This document shows positions 8,471 through 20,303 of a stretch of 32,420 nt of DNA, piece by piece. A model generated the notes under the pieces. It made no database searches. It saw only the letters and a program-made list of their open reading frames with translations, and was not told where the DNA came from. Numbering within the stretch: the first letter of the stretch is position 1; each line of letters starts with the position of its first letter. This DNA is from Perkinsus olseni. Lineage: Eukaryota. Location of the stretch: positions 1-32,420 of the forward strand of contig JABANN010000403.1 in assembly GCA_013115125.1 (NCBI GenBank), in the 5' to 3' direction. Position numbers and translations under genes: made by a program.

Positions 8471-11400
8471 ATGGCTCCTGCTTCTTCCGAGAGTACTACT
8501 GGCAACAGCAAGGTGATGCCGTTGCCAGAACAGCAGCAACAGCCCTACAGGCGAAGGTCGGAGGATGCATCAGGCAGAGGTAAAAGATTCCTTTTGAGGG
8601 TTCACGTCACTACACGTCCTCAATAGACGCTGATGGCCTCGGTGGCGGAATGGCGTCGTCCAGTACAGCTAGTCCCTACGACAATATCATAAGGGAATCC
8701 AAGCTCAGAGATAGGACACAGCAAGCGTAATGACTTCAACCTCCTACCCAATTCTCACCAATTCTGCCACAGGTACCTGTCCGACTCGCCTCCCTTCGCT
8801 GACACCAGCAAGCCGCCATACAGTATCTCATCCTGCAGTCTGATCGCTAGGAGCTTCGGAGTCAGCGTGGCCCTCGTCGTTGCCTTCTTCGCGGCAGCTT
8901 GCTGGAAGTAGGCCCACCTTCTAGCGGAGCGAAGGGCATCTGCTGTCCTGCCAGGTCCCTAGGCATCAGCTGGCTTTACGATTCGTCCCTGGGGTATTCT
9001 CCCGTGGTCTCCTGTCCCAATATAGCTCACTACTCTACATACTCGTAATACAACGGCCAGAGGAGGGGCGGTAGTGGTAGTAGTGGTCCTCAGGTCCGAT
9101 GCTCCTACTTGCCGAGTTACTGTTAACAACTATTCCCTTTACGAATGGTCCTTCTTCAACAAGTACGGTGATGGCCTTAAGGCTGGCGACACCCAATGCC
9201 AAGTCCCTTACATCGACCAAGATGCCTGGGTCAAGGCCGAGCAGGACGGGACGCCCATCCAAAACATCATACCGATCGTATGCGATTGGGACATGTCCTG
9301 CGCCGAGGCAGTGCAGCAGCAAGCTGACGGTGAATGTGCGGTGGTAGTATCCTCTCCCATAACCGGTCTGACCTACTTCACGCACGCTTGCTCTGAGCTC
9401 GAGTCGGAATCTTTTTGCGATGCCAAGCTCAAGCTTCAACCCGCGGATATGGTGGCTATCCGCGGCGTCTTCCTCGGCATGGCCTTCCTCATCGTCTTGA
9501 CCTGGGTAGTAGTCACTCCCATCGGTCTCGGCGCGGCTGGCTTCGCTACGAGGTGGTGGAGGGAAGGTAGAGCTCGCATGGGAGAGAGTTTAGCGAATGA
9601 GCGTAGGGCCTACAGGGAACAGGTCATTGACCCAATATGGGATAACTTCCACAACAACGCTCCGCCGTTACCGGCTGATTCAGCCACGGACTACGGCCCG
9701 CCAATGGCCGGCGGTATGAGCGCTCGCAGCTCCCACAGTCAGGGCTCTGCGACCAGCACTATGTACGGCATGCAGCAGAGGTCGGTGTTGTTGAGCACGC
9801 CTAGGAGTGAGGAGAAGAAGGCCCTGGAGAAGTCCTATGGGTACCTTCCCAGGAATGATGTTCAACCTGTAACTACCGTCGATGACATGACCGTTAGCGC
9901 GGCGACAGATGCTAGACACTATCGCCAGTTCCTCTTCCCGAGGTTGGCCTTTAACTCTGGCATGTGGGCTAGGAAGCTGCGAAAGTATCAAGCATTGAAA
10001 GAGGAGCGTGTCGCTAGCCAGGAGGGAGCTCATGCAAAGGCCCTCAGAACGCTGGGGGTTTCCTTTGTCATCTTCTGCTTCTGTATCCTCATCATCTACA
10101 TCTCTTTGTGGACACTGCCGCAGAACCTCACCGGGCAGTACGCTATGGCTTGGGATGTCTTCAACAACCGAGCTCCTGTGGGCAAGCTCAGCAGCTTCCT
10201 CTTCCTGCTGGCCTTTGGTGACGTCCTCTATGAGTGGATAATTCTCATCACCACTTCTATTACGGGCTTGTGTCGAGCCATCCCCGGTGTTGGGAATACC
10301 CCGCCCCTGCCCAAGTGGGCTCGCCATGGATCTAATACCACATCTTCGGGAAATTCCTCGAGCTACTTCGACGATGAAGATGAGTTGGAGTGCGCCGAGG
10401 GAGGCTACGTACCGGGCAGCTCCACGTGTATTCTATTGGTGGTCCACCGAGCCTGCTTCACGGCCAAGTCCAGGAAGATGTTTCTGGCCACTCTGAAGCG
10501 GGCGGTCTCGGTCGCTGTTAACGAGGATGACGTCTTTGTGGTGGATTATGGCAATGAGCTGTGCCCTCAGGATGACACGGAGATGGTCGCTAAGGAAGCC
10601 TTCCCGGATGTCCACTACCTTTACGTGCCGGAGAACTCGGAGGCTCTGGCTGCGTACTGGGCCAGCAAGTACTGGATACCCTTCCTCTTCTCTAGGGAGA
10701 GGTGTGGTGACTACATCTACGCCTTGGTCCTTCGCTCTGGGGAGATGCTCCATAAAAGCTTCCGCGTCCCAGAGAGGGAGTTGCTGAATAACCCTTACGT
10801 TAAGGGCCTGGCCTTGGGCGATCGACCCAACTCGGTGGGTGTGGAAGCCTTTTACTACGACATGATTGATGCCAGCTGGTGTCGGGCGGAGACTCTGGTC
10901 TCGGGCTCGCTTACTCGACCCAGCGGTCCGGTCATCTGGGAACGAAACACGCTAGAGTTGGTATTGGGTACGGCCAAGGACAAGATAGACCCGACCATCC
11001 TCGGGGCGACTCTATTGGAGCAGCGCGATAAGTCCAAGGTGAAGGACTGGCCAACTCTACCCCATGCCAGCATCAACTGTCGCGGTCACCAATACACTCG
11101 GACTGTGATGGAAGGTGGCCTGCCAAGGAGGGTGCTCTGTCTACTCAGAGAGTTCTTCTTACCGAGTGGATGGTGCAGCTTCACGTCATTGATGTTGAAG
11201 CCCTTCTACTTTGCCCAGCTCTTGTACCTTCTCTTCGACATCCTCCGACCCTTCATCCTGGGTGGGATGGTCGTATTTGACCCCCTGGGCTTCCTGGTGA
11301 CCCTTTGCGTTGTGGAGGCGCTGCTGTACATCCATGCCGGTGTCCATCTTATGGTCAGCTTTGGCAGCTGTACTTGCACCAGGTAGGAGAGTCTCCGGAT

Positions 11401-11872
11401 GCTGTTCTGTTCATCATTTTCCCCTTTTCAGGAGTGGAGAGACGCAGGGACGAGCCTGGGCCTCCTTCTGCGGTACACTGGTCTCTTTCCTTCTCTACCC
11501 GTTAACCAAGTTGTTGCACGACATCATCTTCCGTCCCTGTTCGATGATCTACACAGTGATGGAGTACACTCGGTATAAGTACAGAAGCACCATGCCTATC
11601 GGTAAGTACATACCCCTGTCTTTGGAGCTTCCCTAGAATCTTCGCACCTTGTTGTAGTAGAAAGACTCTTATGTGTGGGATGCCAGGGTCAACCTAAGCG
11701 ACAATTGTGTGAATATCTTCGACTACCATCTTGTTGCTCCCTTTCAGTTACCCGCGAGGATGTCTGCCGAGATCTTCCTCCCATCCCTCCTCACACGGAG
11801 GTCGATTGGTACACTGTATGGTGGGCCGCCTTAGATGGTAGTACCAACAGCATCGCTAAGGACCAGTCGTAG
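8471..11872 (+). CDS. Multi-pass membrane protein with a glycosyltransferase family 2-like (GT-A) domain, catalytic motifs degenerate (about 7 exons)
   Basis: ATG 8471. Four short exons splice in frame into the long exon (about 9094-11382), followed by two exons ending DLPPIPPHTEVDWYTVW...DQS* at 11872. There are several hydrophobic TM segments. The central stretch CILLVVH...LATLKRAV...DVFVVDYG...DDTEMV...VHYLYVPE follows the GT2 strand/helix pattern. The gene model is well supported; the GT2 assignment is from motif recall only. Confidence 0.75.
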
Positions 11873-12349
11873 CGGCCGTGTGTTGCCACCGCTGCTATTA
11901 CGTCATGGCCGCAGTTGTTGTAAAGTTTGTTAACGACCATGACTGTAGAAGAGTACCGTCGTTAGTGCAGCACTACCGGTACTTGAAGTCAGTAATGAGG
12001 CAGCTTCTTCCTTCGCCTTCCTTCCCTGTGTGGAACGACGCCGAGCTCTGAGACGCTTTACGTTACGATATCGGATCACAGCCGAAGCCAGCATCAGTCA
12101 TCCAAGGTGGACTTCTATCAAGCGCTTCAACAAAATCTTTCGTCCTCAACATTGTTTGATATTATAATAATCATCATAAAATTCGTTCCTCCTGTTCCTA
12201 ATGGCTGCGAGTGGCAGCCATCGTGTATCTCCTGGTTGTCCTCTTTGCGTAGCAGTTGCGGATGTCTTTGTTTGTGTTGTAGTGGCTAGTGATTGGGTTC
12301 CCGTCTGCAGTTCTGTTGGGTTGTTGCTGTTGTACCTCTTTTGTACTGC

Positions 12350-13317
12350 ATGATGAGACTCGAGCAACCCGATACTACTGGGGTACCGTATCGTCGAACA
12401 TCATCCAAGCGTCTCGACAGCAGCCTCGCCGATGATGATCAGTCGAGGGGCTCCTTCATGGACCGAGTGCGGAGGGCGTTCAAGAAGACTTTCTCAGGTG
12501 GTGGCGAGAGCCCTACCAGACTACCCGTTCGACCGCAACAGTCAGTCTACCGTCAACACAGCGACGGTATCATCCGCCGTGGAGAGACCTACCCTTCCGG
12601 ACCATTGCCATCGGCATCATCAACCTATGAGGGGTCACTGCTAGCGAGTCGACCCGAGGAAGGGGACAGCATGGGCTCGAACTCTACCGAAGCTCCTCCT
12701 CCTGTCGCGGAGATTCGGCCATCGCCAGCAGAAGCTGCGGCCCTGGTAGTACCGCGGTATGGTAGTGAGTGAGTAGTTGTTGTTTCCAGGCAAGTCGAAG
12801 GAGCCCTCGTCAGGCCCAACATCAGCAGCAGAGCAGCAGCCGATGTAGCGGTAACAGGCCACCAGTTTGGCCTTCAACTTCATCGTCAACGAGACCACCA
12901 GTTGCTCGGAGGGCACCTCAGCCATCTTACTCCTCGCGGTCCTGGTCTAACAATAATCCCTCATCGTCCCGTTTGCATACGACGGCAGTTTTCTCCGATA
13001 GACCGAATCCGTTTGTAGACGATTCGGGCTCCTATCGGAAGGAGGGCATGCCAGGGAATGGAGCATTGATACCGAAGGGTGGAGGTAGTAGTTGTTCTCT
13101 TCACCTGCCCTCACACCCGCCTCTGGTTTGCCTTTCAGAATTTTCGTTGCAACGGAAGCCCACAAGCTGTGCTGTGGGGACTACCGCGCCGCCGGCCGCC
13201 ACTGCTGACGTTTTTGCACGCATGCGCATGCTCGGTCAGAAATGCAAGAATGATTCCGGTCGGCACAAGTTGAGACGGGACCCCGTAACGGGGAAAAAGT
13301 TGCTCGTTTTACGGTAG
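12350..13317 (+). CDS. Hypothetical S/P/R-rich low-complexity protein (spliced; exact exon borders uncertain)
   Basis: Adjacent open frames 12293-12772 and 12769-13317 with an acceptor TTTCCAG near 12789 and CTTTCAG near 13138. ATG at 12350. No domain recognised. Confidence 0.5.
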
Positions 13318-14398
13318 GCCGCCGTGGTTCCTTACATTGATGGAGATTACGCCAATTATAACTTCAATGTTGTTATACCCGATAGTCTCCTCCTTCGTTC
13401 ATACCGAGTTTTGTGTGTTAGTTGTAAGGGGGAGCGATGACACGAATGGGAATGCGTACAGCAGATTGGGAGAATAATCTTGGCATCCCCGCGTGTTGAT
13501 CGGGCAGAAACAGGGGTTGCCGGTCACAAAGTAATTCCATGGGGTCGAGGTTTTACCAGCAGAGGAATAGTGTGGCACAATTGCCTACCACAGCAGCAGC
13601 ATCGACCTAGGACCGTACGAGGGACCTATCCATGTCACGCGCTCCCTTGGGATCGCCATGCATCCTGGCAGGGCTGGTTTGGATAGCGTTGGACTTTCTC
13701 GGGTGGAATGCCGAGCGGGAGTAGGTAGCCATTCAGAAGTCAAACGACACCGTTATGTGGGGCTTCACGGGCTCTGTCATTCTTCTCTCCCGTCTCTTCT
13801 GGAATGCTCCACAACTTCAACTCTTAGGTAGCTGACAGGTAGCCGGTAGGCCTCCGCTCAAGTTAATCAACCCAGCTTCTCCCATGCGCCCCTCTTTCTG
13901 CCGTAGAGACCCCCATACACAGGATATACAACCTTTCGGGCTGGTGAGAACAATCATCGAGGGAGGCGCCTCGTTGCGCATTGCCATACCCCTTGCATAA
14001 GTTACCAACAACAAAAGACGTACGTTGCGATAGAGAAGGATGATGGATTTGAACAAAGTTGAGTAGTGGTAGTTTTGGCGTTAACAGGAGGTAATCTACA
14101 ACAACCATTCTCGAGTAACCGGTACATCGCTCACACGCCCCTTCAAGGGAGGAAAGACCACCATCATCAAGACGGCGTTGACTTCACTATTAAGGGACAA
14201 TTCAACAATATCACTAACCTTGTTCACCAATACTTAGAGAAAATCTCGATTTAATCGACTATTGGCCTTCTCGGCCAGCAGCGTTTATTTCTTCTTTACA
14301 AATGGTAACGACTGGTAACCGTATAATGTATATGGGGGAGGTGCAGGCGGTGGTACTACGAACGACGAGAGCCCTGCTGCTGCTGATACTGATTCTGG

Positions 14399-17334
14399 CT
14401 ATGCCGCTGCATCTGACGACCTTGGTTCTGATGAGCTTGATGGGCTGATAGAAACACAGGTAGAATAAGAAGACCGGCAAGCTTCCTGAGTACTACTTAT
14501 GACTGCATTTGGATTTCGAATAAGTTTCTCGACAGCCGACGCTATGTGCTTGCCGTAGGTAACCTTGCGGAGGTTCGGAAGATCCGCCTGATCATCGACA
14601 ACAAAGCATCACCAAAATCCTACTAAACAGCTGCGCGGAGTTGGCCCAGTGGCATCGAGATCATTACCAAATATCACCACTACAAATAATATCATCACTA
14701 CTACCTTGAGCATGTTAACCAAATGTTCTCTATTGGTACCCTGCGATAATTCCAAGCATCTATCAGGACAGCCATTACAATGTACGGCAGGTAGTAAGCA
14801 CTACCTTTGGACGACGTAGTTGGCGAACTTATCGACGGTCATAGCATGAAGTGGAGCATCGGGTCCAGCAGATCCAATCACCGCCCCAATGACCTCATCC
14901 TTGTTCTGACGACTGCCGCACAGCAACGCCTAGTAAGTGAATGAACTTTTGCGTAACTCCGCCGCCGCCGTTAACTAGAACCTACCTTCTCCACCACATT
15001 ACTGGCGAACTTATGACAGCCGTATTGCTCAATACTCGCAGCAACTTCTTTCACGACCGCATTCTTAAACTGACTGGGCCCGTGCTCTACGACGTGCTGG
15101 ACAACATAGTTGCCATACCTGAATGACGATGATGACCAACTACCTGACGACTTGCGAGAGCGTTTACTGATCCTGCGAAAGCATCCACAGATTCTGAACA
15201 ACCTCTTGCATTAAGGGCTCCGACATCTCTTCAGGGAGACGCTCGATGAGTCGTTGGACCTGAATCATGGAGATGATGACGGTAAAGGCTACGCCCGAGC
15301 AACTTACCACACGGCAACCATAACAGTGCAGCGACATGCGGGTGACGTTACCCCGGAACTCATCAACCTGAGGGGGAAGATGATGATCGTCTTTGCTGTG
15401 GAGGGCTGAATTACGATGAAGCCCAGGGTCTGGGTAGGCAGCGTTTCGATACATTTCTGTATCACGTGGTTGCCGTTTTGGTCTTCAACGCACTCGACGA
15501 CATGTCCCTTCAACTCGTTAACTATCAAAACCTGAGCATACCAGAATGCAGACAGCAACGGTATCACCAGACATTTAGCGAAATGGGGAGAGTAGGAAGC
15601 TCAAGAACAACAGGTTGTGGGTTCAATTCTCGGTAGAATAATCCCACAAACGTGAGTCATCACCTGTTGCTCAGCATTCACATTTTCCAACACCTTCTGG
15701 ACAACACGGCAGCCATACATATGGAAGGAGAGGCGGAGGATATCACCGAGAAGCTGCTCCGACAGGATGACCTACCAGCACGACGACGACGACCGAGTGA
15801 GATCCCACACTATGATCGATCATGCAACCACTACGATGTGCTCCTCCGGAAGATAGTCGAAGAGCTTCTGGATGACGTAGTTGCCGAAGGGGTCGGTGGT
15901 GAGCTGCTGGGCGCTGCTCAGGACGGCCAGGAAAACATCATGACGTTCGGTTGGGGTTGCCGTCTCTAAGGCGTTCTGTAAGAACCTACGAGCATGCGTG
16001 AGAACCGAGCAGCAAAGTGGTGGTAATGGTGAGGACCTCGAGCCGTATTGGTCCATCGCAAGCTCAACAGCGTCAGCGGCGACGTCGCCAAGCTTCATGC
16101 CTGGTGGGAGCTGGCCACCGCGAGCTCGCAGTTGGGCGAGGATATCTACAATTATTGTCATCTGCGAGGTTCAACTTCAAGATACTCTTACTTTGCGCAC
16201 GCGAGCTGCCTCCCTCTGGTGCTTGCATGCTACCACCGCGGGACTGGCGGGAGGGCCTCTGAAATTCCCGAGAAAAAATCACTATGACTGCACAGAAGCG
16301 GCGCGGACTACCTTGGGCTGTTGTTGCTGTTGCTGTTGACGAGGAGCTCTGCGGTCCTGACCGTCCCAACTCCCTTGCCTGTATCTATGGATGCTAGCAA
16401 TAACGACAGCCTTTCGAGATCTTTATCCGGGAACTCACCCTCGCGGTCCCCCTTGCTGTTGCTGCTGCATAAAGACCTGAGGAGCCCTCACACCAGCAGC
16501 AGGCTGGGCCGCAGCCTGGGGAGGGGTGGTGCCCGGCACAGGTACCTTGGCGTTAGAAATACGCAGAAACCGCCGTTGGACCCGGCAGCTTACGACGCGA
16601 ACTTGCTGGTCGGGCCCAGGTGCTTGCGCGTTGCCCTTCATTGGAAGTGTCCAAACTGCGGTAGAGGTAGCAGCATTGGCGGCTGGCGGTTGCTGTTGTT
16701 GAGGTGCGCCTCCTTGCTGCTGCTGCTGGTAAGTAGGCTGCGAGAAGTACCTGTCCTCGAGCGATGAGTGAGAGTGAGCGGATCGATTTAGCATGCTACA
16801 TTCCCGTAGTGCCGAGCAGGCCTTGGTTTGGTCGTTGCTGCTGAGGAGCTGCTGCACCACCGTCCGTTGGAGGGGCCATGAAAGGGAAGAACCTCGGCAT
16901 GATAGGTGCCGGCTGTTGACCATCCTTAACCGCCTGAGCCTGCCCGAAGTTGACGTCGTACGAGTAGCTCGGACTGGGCGTCTTCGGAATTAGCTCCCGG
17001 AGTCTGAGGGGTTCCAATAGCGGCAGCGTGATGGCATCATCCATCGTACTTCCTTTGTTGAACGGTGTAGTCTCCTGCGGGGCTGGCATCCCAACCCTCA
17101 CCACCAGCAGCGGAAGTATCCCCAGCTGGCCCCACTTGGCGAATACCTGTGAGAATATGGTGATGGTGATGATGATACCAAGGCATGCAGCGTACCGGGG
17201 ACGACAAGTCTGGACTGTTCTTCCGAATCAACGGCTACAGGGAAGCCCGGCGGAGGGGCTGCTGCTGTTGTTGAGGCTTGCCCCTGTTCAGTGGGTTTGT
17301 CCACAGTAGTATTGTTGTTAGTTTTATCACTCAT
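14399..17334 (-). CDS. PUF: Pumilio/PUF family RNA-binding protein with Q-rich N-terminus and 8 Pumilio repeats (many exons)
   Basis: Repeat cores after splicing: [72 protein letters not shown], then the cap [10 protein letters not shown]. Start MSDKT at 17334. The stop at 14399-14401 assumes no further intron. Confidence 0.95.
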
Positions 17335-18206
17335 GCGGTTCTAGTGGTACGTGTAAGACGGGAAGTTGTGGTTATAATGGTAGTAGTACAGCAAAATATG
17401 ATAATAGTTGTTGAAGGCCCTCGGGGAAGGGGAGGGGGATTGGTAGCTATACTACAAATATAACTAATAGCGAAGATACTAACATATCTTAGGTCGACCC
17501 TGGTACAAGTGGCATTTTTTAAGCGATACTCAAGTCGATAATTTTTAAGCGGATATAAAACGGTGAGTTTTCCCTACGAAGGTAGCGCTAACAGTGACTT
17601 TTTTGAACCATAAGAGTATCCAACTTCGCCACGTTCACACGCACCCTCTGCAAATGCCCACAATCGCGTGTTAACTAGAGCGGGCCTCCTTAGCGCTCTG
17701 AAAAGTATCGTCAGCAACCTTCTCTCTGCACGCCTTCATAATTGACCTAATTGCATGTATTGCATGAAAGATATCAACGTCACACGGGGGATGGAGGGTA
17801 AAAGTTTCGAACACTCTCGCGGCTTGTGGGTGCCTGGCCAGTGGAAGTCTTGTCTGGGGGTAGCCTCATCGATCGGGGTGGTGACGCGCGTTTGAGTTCG
17901 GGAGCACCGAAAATATTTCGATGAGGGTGAGGGGAGGTACGGCGCTGGGTGGACGTGGAGCGGATGGTGGAAGCAAAACAAAAATATAGAACGCCTCCAC
18001 GGTGTTTCTTGAAGGAGGAAATTGGACGATCAGAAGAGCTTAAGGGACTACTAAAGGCCAAGGGGAAAATTTCTTGGATGAAACGGACTCCAAGAGCTTC
18101 CGGGGGGGGGGGTCCTTCGGGGGTAATTGCGAATCTCGGTTACTGCTGACGAAACCGTAAGATACGCGCTGCACCTGCCGCGACCGCCTGCACGTTCGAT
18201 GGCAGT

Positions 18207-19918
18207 ATGTCCCTATTATGGCTGATCATACCAGCATGGCCGGCTAGGCAGGCTCCAGAGGATATGATATTCGGCCCGGTATCTTGGAGGGAGATGATGA
18301 CGAGTATCGTCGAGATGACGTTACTGGCATCAGTAGGAGGACCCCAGGCGGACTGCTGAGTAGCCGCTACCTAGGTCCTTGGGGCGGTGACACTGCGGTC
18401 GAGTTTGCTTCCTGAAACGTGGAAGAGGCCTCATGAGAAGTCGAAGAAGTATTCCCGCACTTCGGCGGAGCTCTTGCTAGTGGTAGGTGGGCTTGGGTGG
18501 TTTGAGAGTGCTTGTTCCATCTCGTCAACTCCTCAGTTTTGGACGGGCTTGCGTCGATCAGGCAATCCACAACTCCCTGGTGGTCGTGCTTTCCCTGATA
18601 TCATACTACGCTGCCCCTACTCACCAGTCGAGGGACTGGTGGGCGCTTCGTGCCTTCGCCTTCGAGATCGGCTACGAGGTGTTCGATACAGTTCACACCA
18701 ACAGACGTAATAGGGGCATAGCGTATCGAACGTGTGAGTAGAGCTGCGCGGCCGTATCATCTCGGCTCTCTTCCGGTGTTGTTGCCGAATTTCATCGCCC
18801 GTTGAAAAGGCTTCCGAATTTCGACTCATCACGCTTGTCGTGACAGGGCATTTCTATTAGCCACGTAATCTTGAAAGACAACCTTTTCGCTCCTGGTAAA
18901 GTCCCCTGGAGCTCGCTTGAAGAAAAAGCTTAGCCTCCGCTTGGCCACGCCAGGGCACCGGCAGTAGTGTTGGTAACGGCCCGAATCGACCTCGTCAGCA
19001 GAGAGTGGAAAAAATTGGGCAGTTCGAAAGGATTAACCAACAACGCAAGATCCACCTTGCCAGCGTGGCAAAGGCTTGAATGCCCCCTGTGTGAAGAAAA
19101 TTACGGCACGATGGACCTTGAAAACGACTTCCGCGACGAGTTTTCTGCGGGTCTTCGCATCAGGTTTATCCCCGGACGCGCTGATTCACCACATATGCTC
19201 GCCAGTAGCAATAATAACATCAGCTTTCACCAAGTCTGATATCCGTCTACTTCTCCACTTGGCCGTCTGTATGGATGTATCCGGGGCGTGGCTGGCGGGA
19301 TGTAAATTAATGTCCCGGCATTGGGAGGTGGACTCAACAAGGAGTACAAGGAAGAGCGCCCGCTACTACAGGTGGATGCTCGCAGTGTAATACAGTCTCA
19401 TTCGACCGATTCAATCATAACGCTACGTGTGGCCTCGGCTCGTTCGAGGTTCGATTCGGACAAAAAGGCCGCTTTTATTCCTTAACCACGTGTCCTTTGG
19501 CAGCTCCTGCATGATTCTTATGTTATCAGGTATCTTCCGTGTCGAGTAGTTTTCCCGATCTACGATATCGCATTGATAGTGATGCAGCTGTGTTACCTCG
19601 AGAGCCCCTTCGGCACGTGGTCCCTACCTCCCGATTGGACCAGACCCTACATCTGGTCAATGGCCGTGCTCATGGCGTTCAACTGCTACTTCTGCTGGGT
19701 ACCTCACTTTGGGAGGTCGTTCGTTGGCATGGGACTGATGTCAGATTCTCGTGAAGAAGTCCTTCCCAAGTCGGTTCCCTCGCGTGACGAGTAGTCGAGG
19801 TGCCGGTGGTTATGAAGTGCCCTTGAGGGACAGGCTGGTCAGCGCTTATGACACTACCGAAGATTCAGAAGAGTACACCATTATACAGCCAACTCTGGGC
19901 GGCGGCCGAGCAGTGTGA
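18207..19918 (+). CDS. TLC (TRAM/LAG1/CLN8) domain membrane protein, copy 1 (6 exons)
   Basis: In-frame splicing gives MSLLWLIIPAW...LLAS|VLGAV...ELLLV|AIHNSLVVVLSL...FAFEIGYEVFDT...|GLSPDALIHHICS...LAVCMDVSGAWLAGCKL...MLAV|YLPCRVVFP...LMAFNCYFCW|ILVKKSFP...GRAV*. The pattern H...GYxxxD...HH...DxS...R...N-x-Y across multiple TM helices matches TLC domains. Confidence 0.75.
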
Positions 19919-20303
19919 CAGTTTTTCGAATCCTAGCGTTAGCAATTTGGGTTCCACTTCTGGCTGATCCTAGCGGGTACCTCAGAAGAGGGGGAGTGAG
20001 GATTGGCCGCTGTAGTCTTCCTCGAATTCACGTCCTCGTATTCCGGAAGTACGGATGGAGGCCTGAGGGTAAAATGTGTCCGCCAGGAACCGCTGGGGTA
20101 CTATGATCTTTGACAGCAATGGATTTGAGCCCTGCCATCACCGGGTGGGAGGTGGGCAAAATGGAAGTTGCACGGACATTGGTAGTTCAACAAAGAGCGA
20201 TAGAGTCTCGCTTCGCTCGTTCTTGGCCACCTCGCTTCTTTTGGAGGCTTTTCCTCGGCTTACCCGAGTCTGCTATACTAGTCACGATCAGCTGACAATT
20301 AGT

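Noticed and set aside
9680-10327. 215-aa - strand ORF
   Set aside because: Antisense shadow of the long exon of the GT2-like gene.
13726-13735. GTAGCCATT (and ATCTTGGCTC near 4309) as relict spliced-leader sequence
   Set aside because: Only 9-10 nt matches, and not positioned upstream of a start codon; expected by chance.
13440-14260. Short ORFs between the hypothetical gene and PUF
   Set aside because: I could not assemble a consistent spliced model or recognise a motif.
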